Positions 29,665 to 38,102 of a stretch of DNA of 64,000 bases are shown piece after piece. Numbering within the stretch: position 1 is the first letter of the stretch; every line of letters begins with the position of its first letter. Both the position numbers and the translations under genes were made by a program. The notes under the pieces were generated by a model, which was not told the DNA's origin, did not search any database, and saw only the letters and a list, made by a program, of their open reading frames with translations. Where the stretch lies: NCBI GenBank assembly GCA_040218735.1, contig JAVJQW010000012.1, positions 64,001 to 128,000 of the forward strand, given 5' to 3'. The stretch is from Deltaproteobacteria bacterium (lineage in GTDB: Bacteria > Myxococcota > Kuafuiibacteriia > Kuafuiibacteriales > Kuafuiibacteriaceae).

Positions 29665-30285
29665 ATGGTGGTGAGCGTGGCGAAGCCGTCGAGCAACCGT
29701 GGCGCGCCTTTGGGCGCCGCGCCGAGCCCCGGCTCGGACCGACTCACACTGCGCGTCGTCGCCGTCTGTGACGCCGTTGGCGCCTATATCGAAGGTTGGG
29801 GCTTCCGGTCGATCCACGGCCGCGTGTGGGCCCTCCTTGCGATGCGCAGCGGACCCATGTCGCAGGCGGAGATCGCCGAAACCCTCGGCGTCAGCCGCTC
29901 GCTCGTGAGTTTGGCGATCTCTGAACTGACGCAGTTCGGCCTCGTCCGCCCCACCAGCGACGCCCGCAACGCGCCCTGGGAGCCGACCTGGGACGTGTGG
30001 CCGACCATCACAGACGTCATCCGATCCCGCGAATGGATGCAGATGGAGCGCGCGCGCCAGGCACTCGAGGCGGCCCTGTCCGAGGTTCAGTTCGCCCGCG
30101 ACAGCGGCACCCCGTCCCCCTGGGACGAGCGGCGAATTCGACTGTTGTTGACGATGACCGAGTTCGCACAAGTCAGCCTGCGCGCGATCCTCTCGGTGCG
30201 GATGCCGCGCTCGCTCGACCAGTTCGGGACGTGGCTCGAGCGCAGCAGCCGGGTCATCGAGCGCGTGAAGAACTTCCTCCCCTGA
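29665..30285 (+). CDS. GbsR/MarR-family transcriptional regulator
   Basis: WGFRSIHGRVWALL...PMSQAEIAETLGVSRSLVSLAISELTQFGLV. AAGGAG RBS. Confidence 0.85.
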   Translation: MVVSVAKPSSNRGAPLGAAPSPGSDRLTLRVVAVCDAVGAYIEGWGFRSIHGRVWALLAMRSGPMSQAEIAETLGVSRSLVSLAISELTQFGLVRPTSDARNAPWEPTWDVWPTITDVIRSREWMQMERARQALEAALSEVQFARDSGTPSPWDERRIRLLLTMTEFAQVSLRAILSVRMPRSLDQFGTWLERSSRVIERVKNFLP

Positions 30286-30294
30286 ACCCCGCTC

Positions 30295-31494
30295 TCAGGG
30301 CTCGGCGAGCGCGGTCTTCATGCGCCGCGCGACGGCCGCCATCGCCACCAGCAACGTCGTCGCCGCGAGCTGACCCGTCGGGTCGTGCGGCCCCGAGCGC
30401 TGCGCGACCTCCGTCACATCGATCCCCACGATCCGTCGCGACCAAGCGATCCGATCCACGAGCGACAACAGCTGCGAAGACGTGAGGCCCCCCGGCACCG
30501 GCGTCCCCGTCGACGGCGCGTGCGCCGGATCGACCGCGTCGATGTCGATGCTCAGGTAGTAGGAGAGATCGTCCGGCGCGGCGTCCAGGACCGCTGACAC
30601 ACCGGCCTCCTCCAACGTCGCCATCCCCACCGGGAACGCGCGCGGGTGGGTCTGGTCTTCGGCGCCCGACAGGAAGCCCCGCAAGCCGACTTGCACGACG
30701 CGGTCGACGTGCGGCAGCCGATCCAGCACCGCCCGGAACACGTTGCCGTGGTGGACCCGATCGATCTCCACAGACCCGAGATCCGTGTGCGCGTCGATGT
30801 GAATGATCCCCACGGGCTCCCGCGGGAACGCGCGCAGCGCGGGGTACGTAATGCTGTGGTCGCCCCCGAGCAACACCGGGATCGCGCCGGACGCGAGCAG
30901 CTCGCCCACGGCGCCCTCCACCCGATCGAACAGCTCGTGGGAGGACGATCCCGGCGGCACCACGACGTCGCCCGCGTCGGACATCCACACGCCCTCCAGG
31001 ACCGTTCGCCCGGACGACGTGTCGAAGAACCCCAGCGGCTGCCCCGAGTGGGGGTGGAGGCTGTAGACCATGCCGTGTGACCCGGCGCGGATCGACTCGG
31101 GACCGTAGCGCGCGCCGGGTGCGTGGGTGGTGCCCCCGTCGTAGGGCACGCCGAGGAACCCGAACGCCACCGGCGTATCCGGGGCGAAGCGCGGCGCACC
31201 GAACAGGGTCTCGGCGACCGGGGCGCGGTCGGGCCACGCGAGCGCGTCTTCGGACTCGAAGGGGACGAGAATGTTCGCGGCTTCCAGCGCTTGGAGCGCC
31301 CGCTCGGCCGCCGCGCGCGGTCCGGGCGCGGCGTCCGCGGTCGCGGCGATCGTCGCGCCCCGCTCGAACGTCGCGAGCACCGGGACCAGGGTCGCGTCGA
31401 TCACCACGACCTCGCCCCGGCGGCGGACTTCGTACCGACCGTCGCCGAGCGGGACGACCTCCGCGTCGATCGCGAGCATGCGCCGATCCGTCAT
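30295..31494 (-). CDS. Arginase/agmatinase (ureohydrolase) family protein with an ~80-aa N-terminal extension
   Basis: GVPYD..T...PGARYGP, GGDHSITY, HIDAHTD, SIDIDAVDP..AP.TGTP.PGG and DVTEV. Confidence 0.88.
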   Translation of the reverse strand: MTDRRMLAIDAEVVPLGDGRYEVRRRGEVVVIDATLVPVLATFERGATIAATADAAPGPRAAAERALQALEAANILVPFESEDALAWPDRAPVAETLFGAPRFAPDTPVAFGFLGVPYDGGTTHAPGARYGPESIRAGSHGMVYSLHPHSGQPLGFFDTSSGRTVLEGVWMSDAGDVVVPPGSSSHELFDRVEGAVGELLASGAIPVLLGGDHSITYPALRAFPREPVGIIHIDAHTDLGSVEIDRVHHGNVFRAVLDRLPHVDRVVQVGLRGFLSGAEDQTHPRAFPVGMATLEEAGVSAVLDAAPDDLSYYLSIDIDAVDPAHAPSTGTPVPGGLTSSQLLSLVDRIAWSRRIVGIDVTEVAQRSGPHDPTGQLAATTLLVAMAAVARRMKTALAEP

Positions 31495-31527
31495 TTCGTC
31501 ACCCGACTACCACGCGAATGGGGTCCC

Positions 31528-31920
31528 GTGGCGGCCAGACCGGAGTATAATGGCATCATCGAAGCGAAGCAGAAGGCTCTCGCCGCCGCGCGCGCGGCGC
31601 AGGACATCAAGGGCCAAAACCTCACCATCATCGATCTGTCCGGCGTGTGCTCGTACACGGACTACCTCGTCATCGTCACGGCCTACTCGGATCGACAGAC
31701 CCACGCGATCGGAGACGGCGTCGTGGACGACCTCAAGAAGGCCGGCATTCGGCCGCTTGCGCGTGAGGGCCAGGGCTCCTGGATCCTGATCGACTTCGGC
31801 GACGTCATCGTCCACGTCTTCCACGAGGACGCCCGCGCCTTCTACGATCTCGACAAGCTGTGGTCGGACGCGCCCCGCCTCCCGGTGCCGCCGCCCACCA
31901 GCGTCGTCGCCGCGAGCTGA
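31528..31920 (+). CDS. rsfS: Ribosome silencing factor
   Basis: DIKGQNLTIIDL....YTDYLVI...S.RQ..AI, WILIDFGDVIVHVF....RAFYDLDKLW. Start uncertain. Confidence 0.92.
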   Translation: MAARPEYNGIIEAKQKALAAARAAQDIKGQNLTIIDLSGVCSYTDYLVIVTAYSDRQTHAIGDGVVDDLKKAGIRPLAREGQGSWILIDFGDVIVHVFHEDARAFYDLDKLWSDAPRLPVPPPTSVVAAS

Positions 31921-31922
31921 CG

Positions 31923-32021
31923 GCGACGGGCTTCGACCTAGACCATAACGGTCCCTCGCTTCGCGAGGGACCTTGGCACAGTCCTCAGACCCGCCGCATT
32001 CGCGGCGGGCTTCGACCTAGA
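31923..32021. repeat. Two hairpins bracketed by 20-bp direct repeats between convergent genes
   Basis: GCGACGGGCTTCGACCTAGA (31923-31942) versus GCGGCGGGCTTCGACCTAGA (32002-32021). Hairpins GGTCCCTCGC-TTC-GCGAGGGACC (31950-31972) and CCCGCCGC-ATTC-GCGGCGGG (31990-32009). Confidence 0.75.
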
Positions 32022-33054
32022 ACGGCTTCTTCTTGCGGGGTGGGCGGCGCACGCCGCCTTTGCCCGAGAGCCGCTTCGCGCGGTCCATGTACAGCGCCGT
32101 CATCGCGTCGAGGTCCTTCTTCACGATCTCGGCGCCGAGCGTCCGCAGGATCTTCGAGCGGTCCATCTTCTCGTCGATCGTGATGAGCCCCATCATCGCG
32201 TAGAACTTCGCGAGCTTGCTGGTCTCGCGCTTCATCACCGCGTCGAACGTCATGCGCAGCTTGTCGCGGGACATCGTCCCGAGGTCTTCCTTCCGCAGCT
32301 GAACGATCGCGAGCAACGCCCCACACGCGCGCTCGCGCTGCGACGCCACGCCCTCGAAGATCACGTGGGACAGCGGCTCCATCGAACGGAGCGCACCGAT
32401 CCGCCCGAGCGCGTCCGAAACGTCTTCGGCGAGCTCGAACTGCTCGATCATGTCGTGCAGCTTCGGGAGCGCGTCGTCGTCGCCGATCTCACCGAGCGCC
32501 CAGACGATCATGTCCGCGCACACCATGTTGTCGGGGCGAAGCTGGAGGAGCATCGGCTGCACGGCCGGCGCGTAGCGGCCGAAGCCCATGAGCATCGCCG
32601 ACCGACGGACCGCCGCCGGGTCCTCGCTCGCGAGGAAGTTCAGGTTGTGGCGAAGGAAGTCTTCGTCGCCGGCGAGCGCCAACGCCTTCGCCGCGAGGGT
32701 CGTGACGGCCTCGTCCTTCGTCGCCGACATCACGCGCCGGACGACGACGAGCACCTCTTCTTCCGGCGCCCCCCAACGATCCGTGATGCGGGCGATCGCG
32801 TCCAGGAGGAGCGCCTGATCCTGGGGCTCCGCCTCCGCGTCCAGCAGCTCGGCGAGCTCGGCGAACGACGTCGGCCCCGCCATGATCCGCTCGCGCAGCG
32901 GGTGCACCAGCGTCTGGGGGAGGAGCGAAGGCGAGATCTTTCCGAGCGCCCCGGCGACCTGCTCGATGAACTTGATCTGCTCGGGGTCCTCGAGGCCGAG
33001 GATGTCGCCCATGAGACCCGCCGGAGCCGGCAGGCCGGGATCGTCGAACTTCAT
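32017..33054 (-). CDS. HEAT-repeat protein
   Basis: Repeats such as DPAAVRRSAMLMG, VWALGEIGDDDALPKL and DALGRIGALRSMEPL. Confidence 0.75.
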   Translation of the reverse strand: MKFDDPGLPAPAGLMGDILGLEDPEQIKFIEQVAGALGKISPSLLPQTLVHPLRERIMAGPTSFAELAELLDAEAEPQDQALLLDAIARITDRWGAPEEEVLVVVRRVMSATKDEAVTTLAAKALALAGDEDFLRHNLNFLASEDPAAVRRSAMLMGFGRYAPAVQPMLLQLRPDNMVCADMIVWALGEIGDDDALPKLHDMIEQFELAEDVSDALGRIGALRSMEPLSHVIFEGVASQRERACGALLAIVQLRKEDLGTMSRDKLRMTFDAVMKRETSKLAKFYAMMGLITIDEKMDRSKILRTLGAEIVKKDLDAMTALYMDRAKRLSGKGGVRRPPRKKKPF

Positions 33055-33076
33055 CGACTCGAGGTTAGCGTGAGAC

Positions 33077-36000
33077 CTAAGCCTCGGTCACCTTGATGTT
33101 CGCGACGTTCTGGTCGCCGTAACCGTGCGCCATGATGAAGACCTCGGCGCCCGCCGGGACCTGCACGGTCGCGCTCTCCGTCGAGCCCGACGCGTACAGC
33201 CGCATCGCGTAGCCGTCGCGGCTCGACATGTCCGGCGCCCGACCGAACGCCACGTAGACGTCCATGTCGTTGCCCGCGCGCGCGTCCGGCGCCTTCATGT
33301 CGATCTTCAGCGTCGTCGCCTGGTCGACCGTGAACGACGGGAAGCTGTGCGTCTGGTCGTGACCGAGCTCCAGCGTCTCGTTGATGTTCACGTCGTTGCT
33401 CGTCGGCGCCGTGGGCTTCTCGCCCATCACCTCGAGGCGGTACGTGCTCTCCGGCGCGTAGCCGTTGACCTCGATGCTGTACGTCTGGCCCGCCTTCGCG
33501 TCCGGGATCTCGATGACGTCCGCCTCGGTGCCGCTGTTGTACGACTGCTTCGAGAAGCCGTCGGGGCCCTTCACCGTCAGGTCCGCGTCGCCCTCGACGG
33601 TGGAGAGGCGCACCTCGACCTTGCCGTCGGCCATGACCTCGAACGAGAAGTTGTCGACCTCGTTCTTCTTCACCTCGTCGGACGAGATCTTGAGCAGCTC
33701 GGCCCGCTGCGTCGGCGGCGGCGTCGTGCCGCCCCCGTCGCCCATGACGGCCTGGCGGAGCGCGTCGAGCGTGTTTTTGTCCGCCTCGAACGCGTCACGC
33801 TGCGAACGCTCGTAGACCTGCACCGCGCCGTTCGGCAGCGTGATGGAGTCCATCCCGTGCCACGCGGCCTGCAGCATCTTGCACGCGTTCTCGACGGCCT
33901 GCGCGTCGCGCCCGCCGTTCTCGATGATGCCGCGCTCGAGCGCCTTGCCCTCACGGCCGCTCGTCGGGTCGAAGCTCGGGAAGATCATCCAGATGAAGTC
34001 GAACGGTGCCTTCACCGGCACGCTGTTCTTCATGTCGATGTTGCCCTGGTCGTCGAACTTGATGAGCACCTGACCGGCGTTGTTGCCGTAGCGCGCGTCG
34101 ACGTCGACGGAGATCAGCGCCCAGTCCTGCTTTCCCTCCGGCGTGAAGTGGATCCAGCCGTCGTTGTCGGTCAGCTCGAGCGACACACCGGCGCCGTTCC
34201 AGACGCCGCCGTCGAGCGCCGTCTCGAACGTGATGTTCCGGGCCTCGGCCACCGCGTCCTCGAGGAACGGGAGGAAGCTCTCGATCGAGTCGAGGCTCGT
34301 CTCGTGCGAGACGACCATGCGCTTGGGGTCGAAGGACTCCTCGAACTTGTCGAGCGACTTCTTCTCGAAGTTCCCGTTGCCGTCGTCGACCCACTGGAAC
34401 TTCTCGAAGAGCTGCTTCTTGTTCGCCGAGTCGAGGCGAATCTCCCAGATGATGCGCGCCGAGGGGTCTTCGATGTGGCTATCGACCAGCTGCGGCTCCG
34501 CGTTGGCGTCGCTCCAATCGACCGTGAACGAGCTGCGCTTCTCGACGATGCGGCCGTGCTCGTTGAACACCCGCACCTTTGAGGACACGTCGAACTTCTC
34601 GGCCTCGCCGAGGTTTACCGCGACGCGGTCCGCCTGCGAGGCGCCCGCGTTGTACAGCGGGTTGTCGCGCACGGGGTCGCCGTTCGGCGTGTCGATGTCG
34701 TTGATGAGCTTCTCGCGGAACACGTCACTCGCGGAGAGCGTCTTGGTTTCGCCGTCGAGCGGCACCGTCACCGACGTCACCTTGAACTCGTTCGGACGGT
34801 TGTCCAGCGGGAGCTTGTACCGCGTGCCGAGGTCGGCGCGGTCGGGCTCGTCGTCGGTGCGGTGCGCGCCGAACTTGCTGCGCTGCGTGTTGCTCGTCTC
34901 GAGCATGCTCGCGACCTCTTCGTTCAACAGGTCGGGCGTCCACTGGATCGTCTCGCCGCTGCGCGCGTCGTAGTTCGTCGAGCCACCGTGGTCCTGCGGC
35001 ACCACGAGGCCCCACGCCTCCATGATCGCCTTGATGTCGCAGTGGCCGGCCCAGCCGACCCAGGAGATGATGATGTCGCTGACGTACTGGTCGTTGTTCC
35101 AGTTGTAGCGGAAGCCGTCGCGGACGCGCTCACCGTCGGCCGTGTTGAGGCGGCGCGCCGTGGTCTCGCGAACCGACTGCGAGCGCACGTTCGCCGGGTG
35201 GCTGCCGGCGTCACCCGCGGTGCCGAGGACGTTCGCCGGGACCTCGGTGCCGGTGCCGTCGTAGAAGTACTTGTCCTGCTTGGCGTCCCAGTAGACGAAC
35301 TTCTTCTCGCCGCCCTCCTGGACCGAGAGCACCTCGAACTTCGGCACGACCGTCTTGAGCGTCGACTTCTGCTCCGAGACACGCGCGCGCGAGTCGCGGT
35401 CGATGATCGCGAGCTCCATGGACGACTCCGCGTCCATCTCGTTCATGCTGCTGTTGTGGTAGACGTATTTGCCGGCGAAGATCGCGTCGAGCCAGTTCTG
35501 CAGCTGGCCCATCTCCTTCTTCACTTCGGCGATCTCGGCGCCGGTCATCGCGCCGGTCGACTCCATCTTCGCGAAGTCGATCTTCTTCAGCGACTCGAGC
35601 TTCTTCTCCTTGCCGTGGATGAAGGCCGCGTCGTGACCGAAGGACCAGTAGCCGTTGGTCTGGATGTTGTCGAAGACCGTGCGGCGCATCTTCATCTCGA
35701 AGGCCGCCTTGTTCGCGAAGGCCATCGCCGTGCTGCGGTCGGCGCCCGAGAAGTTCGCCGCCGCGTAGCCGCGGAGCTCCTTCACGAACTGCGCGATGCG
35801 GCCCTGCGTGACCGCGTTGTGCTTCGCGTGGGTCTTGAACGCGTCGCGGTCCCACGCCGGCTCGAGGTACTTGCGGACGTCGCTGCCGTTCGCGATGAGC
35901 TCGTCGACCTTCGCCCCGAAGTCGGTCAGCGAGAGGCCCGCCGCGACGTCGGCGATCTTCGCGCGGGGCTCCGGGTCCTCGACGGGGGACTGCTCGACGG

Positions 36001-36142
36001 TCAGCTTCGGCTTGCCGTTCTCGAAGAACGAGACCTTGCAGATGTCGTTGTCCGCGGCCTTGTTGGCGATCTCGGAGAAGGCGACGCCCCCGGAGGGCTG
36101 GAAGTTACGGAGGGCGCGGGCGGCTTCGTTGATCGTCGGCAT
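33077..36142 (-). CDS. Large protein with a putative Cys-catalytic (transglutaminase-elicitor/papain-like) region and two C-terminal PPC domains, no signal peptide
   Basis: 1021 aa with WVGWAGHCD and GGVWNG. PPC-like GDADLTV...SYNSGTEADVI...YSIEVNGY and NDMDVYV...AP...SGSTESA...IMAHGY follow a GGGTTPPP linker. Confidence 0.7.
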   Translation of the reverse strand: MPTINEAARALRNFQPSGGVAFSEIANKAADNDICKVSFFENGKPKLTVEQSPVEDPEPRAKIADVAAGLSLTDFGAKVDELIANGSDVRKYLEPAWDRDAFKTHAKHNAVTQGRIAQFVKELRGYAAANFSGADRSTAMAFANKAAFEMKMRRTVFDNIQTNGYWSFGHDAAFIHGKEKKLESLKKIDFAKMESTGAMTGAEIAEVKKEMGQLQNWLDAIFAGKYVYHNSSMNEMDAESSMELAIIDRDSRARVSEQKSTLKTVVPKFEVLSVQEGGEKKFVYWDAKQDKYFYDGTGTEVPANVLGTAGDAGSHPANVRSQSVRETTARRLNTADGERVRDGFRYNWNNDQYVSDIIISWVGWAGHCDIKAIMEAWGLVVPQDHGGSTNYDARSGETIQWTPDLLNEEVASMLETSNTQRSKFGAHRTDDEPDRADLGTRYKLPLDNRPNEFKVTSVTVPLDGETKTLSASDVFREKLINDIDTPNGDPVRDNPLYNAGASQADRVAVNLGEAEKFDVSSKVRVFNEHGRIVEKRSSFTVDWSDANAEPQLVDSHIEDPSARIIWEIRLDSANKKQLFEKFQWVDDGNGNFEKKSLDKFEESFDPKRMVVSHETSLDSIESFLPFLEDAVAEARNITFETALDGGVWNGAGVSLELTDNDGWIHFTPEGKQDWALISVDVDARYGNNAGQVLIKFDDQGNIDMKNSVPVKAPFDFIWMIFPSFDPTSGREGKALERGIIENGGRDAQAVENACKMLQAAWHGMDSITLPNGAVQVYERSQRDAFEADKNTLDALRQAVMGDGGGTTPPPTQRAELLKISSDEVKKNEVDNFSFEVMADGKVEVRLSTVEGDADLTVKGPDGFSKQSYNSGTEADVIEIPDAKAGQTYSIEVNGYAPESTYRLEVMGEKPTAPTSNDVNINETLELGHDQTHSFPSFTVDQATTLKIDMKAPDARAGNDMDVYVAFGRAPDMSSRDGYAMRLYASGSTESATVQVPAGAEVFIMAHGYGDQNVANIKVTEA

Positions 36143-36199
36143 GGTCTATCTCCCCCGGGCTGGGCCGCGCGTCAGCGGTTCCCTGCACCGATGCGTGGC

Positions 36200-36226
36200 T
36201 TATCGGCGATTGTGTGGTTTTGTTGC
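36200..36226 (-). promoter_or_regulatory. Sigma28 (FliA)-like promoter candidate
   Basis: The minus strand reads GCAA-N15-GCCGATAA. The -10 is a perfect sigma28 consensus about 58 nt upstream of ATG 36142. The -35 matches TAAA at only 2 of 4 positions. Confidence 0.55.
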
Positions 36227-36309
36227 GCACACCGGCACAGATCTGCCTCCCGATGACGCGCGATGCGTCAAAGAGGCTCAAAATCGACGAATTCCGAGGC
36301 GATGGCCCG

Positions 36310-38043
36310 TCAGAGGCCGGCGAAGATCCCGGTGGAGAGGCGCAGCTCGATCGGGGCATCTACTTGAGTCGAACCCCTATCAAACGTCACGGTTCCCCCG
36401 CTGAAGAACCCCACCAGGTTCAGCTGCTGACCGATCTGCGGTGTGTACAGGAGCGCCCCGCGCGCCGCGACGCCGTCCAGCACAACGGTGGCCCCCGGCT
36501 GGACCAAGTCGGGATCGACGACCACGTACGTCACCGCGAGCGCCTGGCCCCCGAACAGCAGCCCCCCGAGGAACACCGCCTCACCCGCGTCGTCCGGGCC
36601 CTGACCGAACCCCGCCGACGCTCCGACGTTGTCCGGCATGATCGGATTCCCATTCACCTCACCGGACGCGACGCCCGTCCCGGTCATGAAGACGTTCTGC
36701 GCGGGGTGGCTCCCCCAGGTCGTGGTCAGCGTCGCCTCGACGCGCCCGATCTCCTCGAAGCAGAAGCTGTCCCGGAGCGGCAGCGGCCACGCCAATCCTC
36801 CTTGCATGATCTCCGCGTCGAGCGCCGCGCGGCGCCCTTCGACGAACCGCCGCACCGCCTGCACGCCGTCCTCGAAAGGCTGCGGCGCGTAGACGAACGG
36901 GCGAATGATGTCCGCCGTCGTCGTCACGCCCGTGAGCAGCTCGTCCTCCGGCCAGGCCTCGGCGAGCACGAACCGCAGCGCGTCCAGGTACCGCTGCCGT
37001 CCTTCGGGGTGATCGTAGAGTCGTCGAGCCAACAGCCCATTCGCGTAGACCGCGGCCGGCAGGTTCGGGTCACCGCCCTGCCCCAACACCCCGTCGACGC
37101 CCCACGGCATGAACGTGAAGCGCTCCTGCCCTGGCTCGACGTAGATGTAGAAGTTGTTCGTGTTGCCCGCGTAGCCGTCCCAGTGAGCGATGAGCACCTC
37201 CGTCGCCCAGAACACCAGGTAGGCGTCGAGGTCGATGACCTCCGCGAGCGCCGCGAGGAGCTGGTCGTCCGGGACCTCGAGCGCCTCGACCACCGCGGCG
37301 ATCCGCGCGCGGTCGTCCGGGTCCATGCGGTTCGTCTTCTTCTCGAGGGTGCCGGTCCACCCCTCGCGGAAGTCGCTGAGCGTCCCTTCGTAGAGGAGGC
37401 CTTCGTCGTCGGAGAAGTGCTCGCGCAGGTACGGCTTCTTCACCGGCTCGACGTGCGCGTACACGCCGAGGTCCTCGCCGTTCACCGTCACGTGCGCAAA
37501 GTTGCAGCGCGGCGCCGGCACTCCGACGCGCGCGAACGTCGCGTACGCGATGCACTGCCGGATGATCGCCGGATCCTGCCGCGCGTTGTTGAAGGTCATG
37601 CGGATGAGCCCGCCGAGGTGCTGCCCGATGACGTACTCGTCCATCTTCACCTTCAACGAAGGACGCAGCTCGCTGAGGCTCCCGATGAAGCCCTTCTTGC
37701 GGACGCCGACGTTCTCGACCGTCTCCCCGTCCACCGTGACCGTGCCCGTGAAGTAGGTGTACGGCGAAGGGAACGGCTCCGCCTGGCAGTCGCCCGCGAG
37801 GAGGCTGACGATCTCGCGCGTCTGCATCCTCAGCGCGTCCCAGTCCTCGGGCGCGAGGCGGATGTCGACCTCCAGGAGGCGATCGGGGGTGTAATACGGC
37901 GCGGGATCCGGACGCGGCGGGGGGAGCTGCCCGGCGTCGCGCGTGACGTCGGGACCGCCGTCGCGCGGCGTGTCGAGCGGGTCACCTTCGTCCGTACCGC
38001 AGGCGACGAGGCCGGCGACGATGAGGAGGGCGAGCCGCTTCAC
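36310..38043 (-). CDS. CotH kinase family lipoprotein
   Basis: Lipobox LVAC. VGVRKKG..GS, NNARQDP, LGVYAHVE, GLLYEG and HWDGY....NNFYIY...FMPWGVD. Confidence 0.88.
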   Translation of the reverse strand: MKRLALLIVAGLVACGTDEGDPLDTPRDGGPDVTRDAGQLPPPRPDPAPYYTPDRLLEVDIRLAPEDWDALRMQTREIVSLLAGDCQAEPFPSPYTYFTGTVTVDGETVENVGVRKKGFIGSLSELRPSLKVKMDEYVIGQHLGGLIRMTFNNARQDPAIIRQCIAYATFARVGVPAPRCNFAHVTVNGEDLGVYAHVEPVKKPYLREHFSDDEGLLYEGTLSDFREGWTGTLEKKTNRMDPDDRARIAAVVEALEVPDDQLLAALAEVIDLDAYLVFWATEVLIAHWDGYAGNTNNFYIYVEPGQERFTFMPWGVDGVLGQGGDPNLPAAVYANGLLARRLYDHPEGRQRYLDALRFVLAEAWPEDELLTGVTTTADIIRPFVYAPQPFEDGVQAVRRFVEGRRAALDAEIMQGGLAWPLPLRDSFCFEEIGRVEATLTTTWGSHPAQNVFMTGTGVASGEVNGNPIMPDNVGASAGFGQGPDDAGEAVFLGGLLFGGQALAVTYVVVDPDLVQPGATVVLDGVAARGALLYTPQIGQQLNLVGFFSGGTVTFDRGSTQVDAPIELRLSTGIFAGL

Positions 38044-38102
38044 ACGATCGAGCGTAGCTCAATCCCGTGCCGGTGACACCTGTGTGAACTCGGGCCCGTC
38101 CG

